In this document: in pieces, positions 15,000-25,673 of the stretch | How positions within the stretch are numbered: position 1 is the first letter of the stretch | Layout: each line of letters starts with the position of its first letter | DNA from: Cycas panzhihuaensis | Lineage: Eukaryota > Plantae > Cycadophyta | Direction of reading: 5' to 3' | Length of the DNA stretch: 64,000 nt | Assembly (NCBI GenBank): GCA_023213395.1 | Contig: CM041465.1 | Location: 199,089,741 to 199,153,740 of the forward strand | The notes under the pieces: generated by a model | The model's input: only the letters and a program-made list of their open reading frames with translations | Told to the model about the DNA's origin: nothing | The model's database searches: none | Program-made: the position numbers and the translations under genes

Positions 15000-15360
15000 T
15001 ATTAGGGATCTAACCCCTAACTCACCTTCTCTTATATCTTCTACTTCTTCTCTCGCTTATCTTTTCTTATATTTTCTACTTCTTCTCTCTTCTTAATATC
15101 CTACATACATAAGTAAGAGTTAGTGTAGTGGCCATAAAGCCCTATATATATTTATGTAATATGCCACATGTATAAGTAGGCAATTGTGTGGCTACCATAG
15201 AGAGAAATATATATTAATGTAATCCTTAGAGTGGTGTATCTTATATATCATTACTATTGTATGTAATTAGTAGGTTGCTCCCTCAAAGGGTATTATAATA
15301 CAAGTGCTCTCTTTGGTGGTGTTGGTATGTTATTTTCATTGAAGGAGTAGTATTATATCA
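15000..15360 (+). repeat. 3' LTR of chromovirus
   Basis: Follows the PPT, aligns with 9400-9719, followed by the TSD. Confidence 0.9.
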
Positions 15361-15449
15361 AATTGACTCCATATCTTTAACGATCTTTTATAAAGTATAC
15401 TTAAGTTTTCCTAGTGTAATAATTTAGAAATACTAAAGTACTATTAGGG

Positions 15450-16933
15450 GATTTGATTATGGTTGCATCATACTAGTGTGTATAATTTCTAATATCTTCT
15501 TATTTCTCTAAGATTTCTCCTAAGCAAAAAGATATTTGTGATGTTTACCATACATACACCCTTCACATATACCTCTTAAACATAAAATCTATGGTAAACT
15601 TTCCACTATCTTCATTATGTCCATAAGCTACATGTTTTGATAATTTAGGTATCATAATCATTCATGCCATAATTATGTTGTATCATTTACATTAGCAGCA
15701 AAAGCATAGGCTTAATTCTAACTTTAAAGTTTCTTGAACATCAAGAAGTCATCATTTAGATTTCTAGAAATAACAACTAAAACGCATTTCATAAGATCTT
15801 TAATCAATTAGTTATCCTTGTAGAACTCATTTTTTTGTTTTATTTACAAACTTAATAGGAAAAAAGAAGATTCTTCCTCATGTATGGTGCGTAATATACT
15901 CAACTGAAATTCCCCATTAAAAGGCTGGCTATTTTAAATCCATTGATAGGCACCATGCTAGCATCCTTAGGTATGATTTTAGCATCATCAGAATTAGAAT
16001 CCATTGTAGTGTACTGCTCTCAATAGAAAGACGTATACCTTTATGTACCTAGGTCAAGTATCCAATAATCCTTTTAATCTAAAATTTGAGAAGATGAGGT
16101 TAATACTTTAGTATAGTAAGTTGTAATTTTCTTTCATTTTTTATTGTGTTTTTCCTCTTGCATATCCTTTCTTCTAAACTGATAGTTTTTCACCTTATGG
16201 CCTTCTCTCTTCTAATAGTGACACTTTCCAATGCACTTCTTCCTCTTCTTTTCTTAATTTTGCCTAAACTTTCATGCACTTTTCCCTACCTTCTTATCTT
16301 GTTCCCTTTGCATCTTTATAATTATGTCATGATTTGACTTTAGACTCATAAGAATGCTATAGTATTTTAATTTAAAATTTTTAGCTAGAATGAGATTATT
16401 TAGCTCATCTAAGGCCATTCCTTCCATCATATCATGCTTTGCATAATCCATCTAAAGTATACAAAATAAGGTTGGTAGTCTTAATACAATGAATGCAAAT
16501 AGTAACTTATTATCAACTAACTTTCTCTTTATCTCTTCTAGCTTATTCTTCAAATCCATTATCTTAATCAGATAAGCAATAATATTACATTAATCTTTAA
16601 TAGTTGCATTTAACATCTCCATTAACAAAACAACTTTATGTTTTGTCCACATCTTCTTAAAACCATTATATAATTTCATCAAGATTTTATTTGGTATATT
16701 TAGGTTATGGATAAGAGCTATGTGATCCAAAGCTAATAATAATTTTAATAAGCAAATAGCCGTACATTATTTTTTTCTTAAGGTGATCTCTCTTTCTCAT
16801 CTAACGATATTATGGTCAATTCATATTTAATGATTTTCCATAATAAAGTTCACCGTTAAAGTGATTTCCATACTTTCTTTCCATTTGTTGAATTTGTTTC
16901 CATTAAAAGTCACTTGCAAAAATTTCTCCATGG
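15450..16933 (-). mobile_element. Degenerate Ty1/copia gag-PR-GAG-pre-integrase fragment
   Basis: Minus strand: MEKFLQVTFNGNKFNKWK gag start ~16933; YWILDLG protease ~16050-16070; LWHE ~15660; CEGCMYGKHH ~15540-15570; PBS-like ctctaatacca ~18813-18823 further upstream. Confidence 0.7.
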
Positions 16934-17899
16934 TTGCAACCTTACTAAATGATTGAGAATAATCTTCTTTCAATGTTCTCCAATATTAAGAGCTTCCTAT
17001 CCATAGATCAGAGCCTTTTCTTCCATAATTATCTCATCAAAATGTTTGCTAAACATCCAAAACACCTATTTAAGTAGCCCCCATACCTTTATTGGATCCT
17101 CCATGCTTTGCACTATTATATTTACTTTTTTATAACCTCTACATTTACTAATGTGGCTTAAGACGGCTTGCATAGCCTCCCAGAAGTTTTATACACCAAT
17201 AACAATTGCTTTGTGGTTTTTCAATGCTTCACACAAGCCTTTTTTAATGTTTTCTTTGTGTCTAATGCATTACACTTCACTTATAAAGATTTTGCAATCA
17301 CCACATACCCTTATGTATTTTACACAACCATTAACAAGTCCAAAATAGCTTCAAACTTAGATTTGTATGATGTTACTTTGTTTCATGGCTTTCAATGGCT
17401 TAAGAAAAGAGTCTTGCATGCCTCAAAATGACTTAACATGGATTTGATGGTGTCCTACACAATAAATCTAGTTTACAAAATCTTCTGAATAAACTTTAAA
17501 CTAAGTTTTTTGGCTTATATGCCTTGCATAGCCTTTAAACAACTTCAAATGTTTTTAAACATTTCAAACAACCTTCAACAAGTCCAAGCATTAATGAAAT
17601 GAAACCTAGGATGTGTACCAACATTCCCATAGCTATATATGTTGTCCTCAAACTCTAATGTTTATTTGGATTTCTCTTAATGCTACTCACATAACTCACA
17701 TTTGATTCCAATGCACCCTCAACTTCAAACAATCCAAAAGATCTTAATTTATATGGTTTGAATGACCTCCCATGACCATCATATATAATCATGCTCTTTA
17801 ATAAATCATGCTTTCCTTTAAAATTTTAATTTATCATTAGGTTTGTGAATGTCACACCACTTCACCAAGTCATGCCACCTTATGCAATTATTGTTTTGT

Positions 17900-18700
17900 T
17901 TAAGAAATTCTTATATTTGACCTCCAGTAGTCAAATTTGAAGATATGACCTTTCTATAAAGGTTGTTACTTTGTAAAATAAAAGTTTCTTTTTTAATCAA
18001 AATAGTCAATAACTTTCATATGTTATACGGTTATCATTAGAAACTTGTAGGGGCCTATGGAAAATTAACACCATTAAATGCAATGGAAGTTATATATTTT
18101 CATAGCAAGTAAAAGATAGATGCTTTGTTGAACTCACAATGGATCCCAACAATTTAACTTCAATGAAAAATAAATAATTCTTACGCTTAACCACCTCCAT
18201 GAACTCCAAAATGAAGCATGACATTACTAGATTCATCCAATCACTTTTGGAGATGTCTAACATACTTTTACTTTATTATATCATGTAAAGATGAGACTAA
18301 ACATTGTCCATCGAATGTTTTACAACTCCAAACACATATAGTTCATCCCCAATCACCATTCCATTCTCTAAATGGGTCCCAAAGTATTAAGAATAATGTT
18401 CATTCATGGTTGGATCCTTTAAAATGATCCCCAGCACTTCAGATGAAGCCCAATGCAACTATCCTCCATTTAACATATGGAAATAAGGCTAGCATGCTTT
18501 AAATAATGCCCAATAGCCATTGGAGTTGCCTAATCATGCATATACTCTACCAAATAAGTAGAAACATTACCTAACCTTACTTAATTGGTACATATGGCCT
18601 CTTAATAGTGGTAGAAGTCACCACATGATAGAAAGCATGTTGTTGAATGGATAATTTCCTTCATGTTATTATTATACAGCAATATTTAATCACTTAGAAA
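17900..18700 (-). mobile_element. Possible very degenerate L1-type LINE RT fragment
   Basis: Scattered minus-strand motif remnants (LDISK ~18250-18260, GDPL-like ~18140); no continuous frame. Confidence 0.25.
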
Positions 18701-19823
18701 TAGAAAAGGATTGTAATCACATTAACAAGACCTTCTTTTACATTAGAAAAAGGCCTTTTGATTTGTCCTATGTCTACATCTACTTTGCTTCAACTATATA
18801 CTCAGAACCTGACTCTAATACCATATGAGAAAACATGCATACAAATGTAGACATGATCTTGACCATACATAGCAAGTAGAGGACAAGATATATAGGTTTT
18901 AATTGTCCTTAACCCATATAGGAAAATCTACTAATACTTTTAATTTAAACCCATTTCAACACATGTTTGTCTTGTGACTTATTAGGTTCACTTAACCTTT
19001 TAACATTGTGTTTCAATTGACTTTCATTGAATTGTGTTAAATTTGATATGCTTGGTTGGTCGATTTCGATCAGATAATTTTTAATTAAATAGGGTTATAT
19101 ATTTGTAAGTCCAAAACAATACATCACACTAACGATTGTGGCCCTTCATCATATCTTGTGACCTTTTGCCATGTGTGACTCTTTGTTGTGTTTGAATGAA
19201 TCTTCAACATATCTGTATAACACTCTCTATGTTTGTTAACATATTATTGAAGCGTAATAATTTTTCAAACATAAGGAGGACAAGGATGTAGAGCAATCTT
19301 ATTGATATGTTTTATGCTTATTTATAGATTTATAAAAATCCATATCATTGATTTTAGTATAATGTTGTAGTGTTTCAATGTTGATGTTTTCCTTCAATGG
19401 TAGCTTTTTTCCTTCTATAATCATTACATAATTAATAAGCTTAAGTATATATTACTCGATAGTTTTTTACTACTAAAATATAATTTAAACTTTTATGAAC
19501 AAGAACTAAATTAATACTCTAGCACTCAAGCACTTTTAAGCCCACACCTTATACCTTTACCCTACTTTCTCGCGTAAAGGTTGTTTTACATATTTGATGT
19601 AGTCAACTTTACTAGAGAATGTAATTGCTTAAGAAACTTAATATCTTATTGCATTGATGAATGGATTTTGTCTCTTTTTATTATAAGCTCAATGTAATAG
19701 TTCTTATATTAATATGCTCATACTTGGAGCCATAAATCTAATGTCTCTCAAGTATAGGTATATATGTGGAAGTCATTATATTGAGCATATCATGACATGA
19801 AGTAATGGGTTCAATGTCTCTCC

Positions 19824-20043
<220 letters not shown>

Positions 20044-20068
20044 TGGTGGGTGCTATATTGGAGATAAA

Positions 20069-20074
20069 CACGTG
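20069..20074. promoter_or_regulatory. G-box/ABRE-like CACGTG upstream of SWEET
   Basis: aaaCACGTGtcc about 700 bp upstream of the ATG; motif match only. Confidence 0.3.
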
Positions 20075-20368
20075 TCCTTTTTAAATTTAGCGAGAATAGC
20101 TTACATATAGACATTCCAATAAGTAAATGCCTATTTCCAAGACATTTTGAAAACATAACATATAGGCACACTACACAATAATATTTCTATTTAAAGATGC
20201 AAAATTTCATGTATTCCATTATAATACATGTTTGCCCTGGCCAACTTTTCTATGGATATTTGGCATATCCGTGATGCCCTAATTCATGGAATTAATCATT
20301 ATTTGATATAATTGTGACGGCCATGAAAAGATTCCTGCCCTTTGCGTTGCTCCCTCGCTTTTGCAAGT

Positions 20369-20392
20369 TATATATATATATATATATATATA
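20369..20392. repeat. (TA)n microsatellite in the SWEET upstream region
   Basis: Directly visible. Confidence 0.9.
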
Positions 20393-20770
20393 TTATAGGG
20401 GGAGAAAATTTTTAAAGTATATATAACATATATATATATTTGGAGAAAATTGACTTTAATATTTGATGTGCTACAGGGATCCCACTTTCGGATTTCTATT
20501 GTGGTAATCCCCACTTTAATTGACAGCAATCACGAAGGAACAGAACGGGTGACCAATCAAATGGGGGCACTTGGAGCTCTGGCAAAGTTCGTCAGGCTGC
20601 AGATGCACTTTTCTCTACGTTTTGAAATCTTTTACGTGGTGCAAATCCAGTGGTCACTCGACTGTATTTTAGAGACGTGAAATTTCCACACAAACAATCA
20701 CAACCGAGGTTCTGAAAATATCTTCAATTTCGGGCGTTGGACTCGAGCGGCACATCCTACAATTTGTTTG

Positions 20771-20804
20771 ATGGCGAGTTTTAGCTTCATTCTTGGAGTT
20801 ACCG
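20771..20804 (+). CDS. SWEET exon 1
   Basis: [12 protein letters not shown]; donor gtaatg at 20805. Confidence 0.85.
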
Positions 20805-22075
20805 GTAATGATAAAACCCCTTCCTTGAACGAGCAATTTATAAGCTTCAGTAATTTTTCTGTTGCACCGTCGCAGTTTATCGAATTTGTCGTCGGGGCAT
20901 TAAAATGATTCGTACTATAAATATATATCGTCTGATTTTGTTCCAGGAAACGTGCTATCGCTGTTGGTTTTCTTCTCGCCAATGTAAGTTCACGTACTAA
21001 TTGTGATGAATTAGCGCTCTGAAATCATTGTGCCTGTGGTTTGGGATATTCTATTTAGATTTGTAACGCGTTGTGTTGAAGATTTCGGTTGACAGGAAAA
21101 CATTCTGGCGGATAGTGAAAAACAAATCGACGGAGAATTTCAAAGGGTTACCTTACGTCTGCACGCTGCAAGTAATAGTTGATAGGATTAAATTGATTAA
21201 ATAATCATTTTCCCTGTACCGAAACATTGTGTTTGCACGTATTCAATTCCCCGTATTAAAGAAAGTTCGAATTTAAATATAAATTGTGAGGAGTTCTTAT
21301 TTGTCTTGCAGGTGAAAACCGCTCGGTTAGTGCTGCTTCTGAATGTAACATTTCTGGCATTTCATCATAAGCTGCGGATAAATTCAGTGGGTGCCCTATG
21401 CTGTGGGTTCACCTTTGGAATGTATGCATCCCCCATGTCCGCCATGGTAGGTTCACGTTGCCGATTTATCTCAAATAATCATCTAATAATATATGGGAAT
21501 TATGTGTCGAGCAAGTAGAGTTATATTTTAAATTTAATTACATTCAACGTCCATTAATATGTAAATACGTATTGATTTCTTATATATTCTTGAATATGGC
21601 GAATGAAAGAGAACCGTCATCCTAACAAAGAGCGTGGAGTTCATGCCATTTTTTCTGTCATTTTTTCTGTTTTTGAATGGAGTTTGGACAGCATATGCAG
21701 TATTTGTCCGGGACATGTACATTGGGGTTAGTAATATACCGCTTATTTTTTTTCTGATTTACGATTGTGCAATCTAGAAATTGTTTCATATGCATGTTCT
21801 TTAAAAACTCGATTGAAGTATGAACCGAGTGCTGTTGGGAATAAAAATTCCTGCAGATCCCAAATGGAATCGGGTTCGTGATGGGAGCTGCACAGCTAAT
21901 TCTGTACGTGATGTATTATAAAAGGGGAGAGCCCAAGAGTGGAGAAGAGGAAGCAGACGATCAGAAGAAAGCAGGCTCCGTGGACGTGGAGATGGCAGCT
22001 CCTGAAGAAATTGTCAACAAGAAGTCCATCAATAATGATCTGCAAAACGGATGGAAACATTCAGTGGCAAAATAG
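20771..22075 (+). CDS. SWEET16: Clade IV SWEET sugar transporter (SWEET16/17-like), 6 exons, 205 aa, with three in-frame internal deletions (truncated variant or young pseudogene)
   Basis: Exons 20771-20804, 20947-20983, 21096-21171, 21312-21446, 21610-21726, 21857-22075, all GT-AG, total 618 nt and open. Motifs [77 protein letters not shown]. Confidence 0.88.
20947..20983 (+). CDS. SWEET exon 2 (canonical 37 bp)
   Basis: ttccag|GAAAC...CCAAT|gtaagt. Confidence 0.92.
21096..21171 (+). CDS. SWEET exon 3 (76 bp; typical 211 bp)
   Basis: gacag|G...[25 protein letters not shown]|gtaata. Confidence 0.8.
21312..21446 (+). CDS. SWEET exon 4 (135 bp; typical 162 bp)
   Basis: ttgcag|VKTARLV...MYASPMSAM|gtaggt. 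Confidence 0.9.
21610..21726 (+). CDS. SWEET exon 5 (117 bp; typical 120 bp), weak purine-rich AAG acceptor
   Basis: gaatgaaag|[14 protein letters not shown]...DMYIG|gttagt. Confidence 0.85.
21857..22075 (+). CDS. SWEET exon 6 (TM7 and acidic cytosolic tail)
   Basis: ctgcag|[17 protein letters not shown]...SVAK*. Confidence 0.9.
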   Translation: MPNGIGFVMGAAQLILYVMYYKRGEPKSGEEEADDQKKAGSVDVEMAAPEEIVNKKSINNDLQNGWKHSVAK

Positions 22076-24512
22076 CATGGCCATTGTAATAACCGTCTCC
22101 CAGATTGGAGACCGACTTAGCAGAGGATGGAGGAGAATATTGGAGTAGATAAATAACATAGGAGACTCCTCCTGCTCCTTCCTTGCATCCCGTTTTTGTC
22201 GTTTGAAATAAAGATAAATTTCGGGCAAAGCTGATGCCCTGGTGTCCCAATGCTGCGACCGGTGAATACGTGTTATTTCATTAGTTGAAATGTTGAAAAA
22301 TATTGCCCCATGTGATCATTTCGTAGCAGCAGATATTCGCCCCCGTAGGGTAGATGATTATGTTGTGAGAATCTATGATAATAAACAAATTGGGCACGCT
22401 ACGCTCTGAAGGGGAACGTGAATCTAACGTTTTTGTTGAGAGGATAAATCACAATTTGTAATACAACGATAACACTCTAAAAGGATCACCGTCGTAATTA
22501 TTAAAGTTTGGTAAAGTTTGTTCCCATGGAAGGGGATGGTGGAGTGGCCGTTCGTGTCGAAATTATTTATGTGAGTAACCTCAATAATCCTTTGTAAATT
22601 TGCTAAGTTTTGAAAATATTTTTTGTAGTCTTTTTTTTAATTTAATGAAATTTAAATTATATTATAAAAATATAGTACAACTTAAAAAGGTTCTTTGATA
22701 AAAAGTCTTAATGCATCTAAAACTAAAAGTATGTGTAATAAAACTAAGCACCATAACTTAAAAAGAAAGAAACATGCAAGGAGTGACCTTTACCCATAAA
22801 CCCATTGTCGGAATGCCTATAGTTAGAGCTAAGAGTGAAAAGACACCAATCATTTTATTTCTTATTTTTTACTAGTTAATAGGGTATTGAAACCTAGGTT
22901 AATAATATCATTGGGCTCTTTTTTTATGAAGATTGGCAAAGGGACAAGGTCTAGTTCAAATAGTTTGTAATGGAAAACATTATTTCAAGTTAAAAATTGC
23001 TATTAGTGAATAAGGTTAAAGGGTGTCCTATTAGAAATAACAACTCAACTTTCCATGAAATTGGAGTTATGGCAAAGAAATTATAGAAATGGCTACATTT
23101 CCTATCTTACCGTGGAACATCTAGTGATGTAAGAGCATTTGAAAAATACTAATTTGAAGGATAAATTTATTGTGGCCATAACTTTTAATTTGGGTGTCCA
23201 TTTGAGTCTTTTTTTTTTCCCTTAAATAACATCTTAGAAAGTTGAACATTATCATTAAAGGCACTAACTACTTAGCCACCATTTGTCAAAATTTTTAGGT
23301 CCAAACAACATCATATAATGGCTTAAAATTGTATTTTAAAATTATTTCTCACTTATATAAAAATTAATGAGTTTTATTTTTATTAATAAGGTGATTAATT
23401 ATATGTAAGTTATGATTTTGTGGGGTTTGTTATATGCTTAAGTACTCATAGCACAATTTTGAATAAATTAGAGTTTTTTTTTCAATTTATTAAAAATAAT
23501 AGTAGTTAGGAAGTTATAAAAACATAAAATTTTTGAATTGAGAGCCTTTTCACTTCAAATTAGAGGAGTAATTTTAGGAGTTAATTGTTAAAATTTTCAC
23601 ATAGCTACAGATCTTGTATTTGTATATTTTGGATTATAAACAAATGAGCTTTTTCAATTTGGGAAAGGAAAATTAAAAGTTTCATGGTGGTGTTTCTCTA
23701 TGTGAATTGGCTTTGTTCTACTTTCAACTTCTTATTTCCTACATGCATGATTTGAGGATCCACCACTCTATCATTTAACCCTACCTTTATCAAGCAAAGT
23801 AATAGACTTGAACAATTTTTTTATGTTATCCATATTGAGAAATGATTATATATTGGTAAATAGTTACCTTAACATATCTGTAGCCAAAATGTTTGCTCTT
23901 AAAACATCCTTTAACTATAATACAAAAGAAGGCAATAAGTTAAAGAAAAAATTAGCAAGGGGAGAAGATTCATTTTTAAAAAAATAAGTTCATAGAGATT
24001 TTATATAATGACTTATCTCTCACAAACATGAAATAGTAACAAAATGGCTTGCTCTAATAGTAATTTATAATGTTCTTTAAGACTAGTTGAGCTTATAAAA
24101 CATATACATTTGAGCCATATGACTAATGAGCAATACAACATGCTAACAATATGAAGCTAAATATCATGCGTGCTTTCTATGTGAAATTAAAAAGTCTCTA
24201 ATAATTCTTACAATAGTATCTATGCACATCACAACTTATGAAAGAGTAATTATTTATCATTTGATTTTCTATTATGTACAAACATAAAAGAAAGAGATGC
24301 AAAATGGAATAAAAACATTTATCTTTTGATAGAAAAAAAAATAGATAATTCAAAATGGACTTGCCACCCAATGAACTAGAAATTATCCTTGAGAATATGC
24401 CCCTAAGATAAGGCACATAAAATGAACTTAGAAGAATAGTTTAATGGCTTTAAATTTTGATTTATAGGTTATAACACTCAAGCTAGAAACCTATCAAACA
24501 TCACCCTAATAA

Positions 24513-24993
24513 TGTAATAAGCTCCAAACAATTAATATTTAATTAATCAGGAGAAGTCAACTTTATAATTTATACACACATAATTCAGTAATCTCCCAAG
24601 GTTAGTGGCACATAAGCATCTAATCGCATGGTTAAGGTGGAGAAGGTTAATGCTAATTATCAATTTGTGTGTGGAGGCCATATATCTCGACCAATGAGAT
24701 TGAAGGTCATATAATTCACTAATAACTGGTTAGAAAAAGTAGCCACTTTTGTCTACTTATGGCCAAACATTTGTAAAGAGATTTGTTATATCATAATCTT
24801 ATCTTATTAGATTGTACTTACATACACATTATCTATTGGTATTTTCTAAACTTCATTGCACTCTTCTCTTATACTTTTGATGTAATCTAAGCTAATGAAG
24901 TGTTAATAAAGATCTATTATGCTCTCTTTTCTTTCATAAACTTTTATTCGTGTAAAAATTACTAGTCAAATTCGTATCATATGGTATTAGGGC
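24513..24993 (+). mobile_element. LTR and PBS of a degenerate element whose leader is interrupted by the copia at 25209 and resumes at 32297
   Basis: tgtaata (24513)...gtatca (24979), followed by PBS tggtattagggc 24982-24993; LTR start approximate. Confidence 0.55.
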
Positions 24994-25208
24994 AAGGTGT
25001 AGAGATCAAGTGCAAGCATTCAGAAGTTGTAGAAAAGGAAGTTTTTTTTCGTTGGTGAATTTTGAAACCTTTCCTTATAAGTAATTTTATTTTAAAGTTC
25101 TATTCAATTTTTCTACTATGCATTAGTCAACTATAAGTGGGCAATATAAGTCTAAATCTTAAGTCTCATTTTCCCTTCCCTTAAAGTCTACGTATAGACC
25201 CTATGCTA

Positions 25209-25673
25209 TGAAAGGGGAGAGGTCTGCCTAGTTTCAACCTAGGTTCAAGACTCATGAACACCCATACAACATTCAATCAATAAACATATGAAGTAATTGA
25301 ATTCTTCATAAATGCTCCAAAGTATAGCTTACATTAACTCATAAAATAAAGGTATATTACATGATAAAAGATTACATACAAGAAAGCCTTGCATAAAAAA
25401 AAAAAAAAAGAGGTTTTACAATCCATATTAAGAATATTAAATGTAAGATCATACAAGGTGATAATTAGCACCTTACATGATTAAACCAACTTTATAACAA
25501 TTAAATATTAACAAGAAATAAACCCCCATATGCCTAGGTTCAAAACATTAAGTTGTGACTCAACCCTTTTATGATAAAGAAGCCCTCAATACAAACTATG
25601 TATAAACATTACATCAATATAATATAATGGATCCTTAATAAATTAATAAAGTCAATCATTAATTTTTCTATCA
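25209..25673 (-). repeat. 3' LTR of copia
   Basis: Aligns over its full length with 31830-32291. Confidence 0.9.

Larger units (their letters stand above)
9400..15360 (+). mobile_element. Full-length degenerate Ty3/gypsy chromovirus (Reina-like) with 5-bp TSD AATTG
   Basis: LTRs 9400-9719 and 15000-15360; TSD aattg 9395-9399 and 15361-15365; PBS tggtattaaagc 9722-9733; G-rich PPT ~14986-14997; RT ORF 12433-12720 (CVDYHELNK...FGLTNTPS); INT ORF 14299-14502; chromodomain IEYLIN*K*LP*EDVKWE ~14870-14925. Confidence 0.93.

Noticed and set aside
20450-20982. ORFs 20450-20680 (+) and 20698-20982 (-)
   Set aside because: No recognisable family; they overlap the SWEET promoter and exons, and chance ORFs are likelier in higher-GC DNA
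21172-21311. Hidden exon supplying the missing TM2-TM3 of SWEET
   Set aside because: The intron shows no LW..YG or TVNG-type coding sequence, and none was seen elsewhere in the window
22560-24500. AT-rich sequence downstream of SWEET
   Set aside because: No ORF, terminal repeats or motifs could be supported
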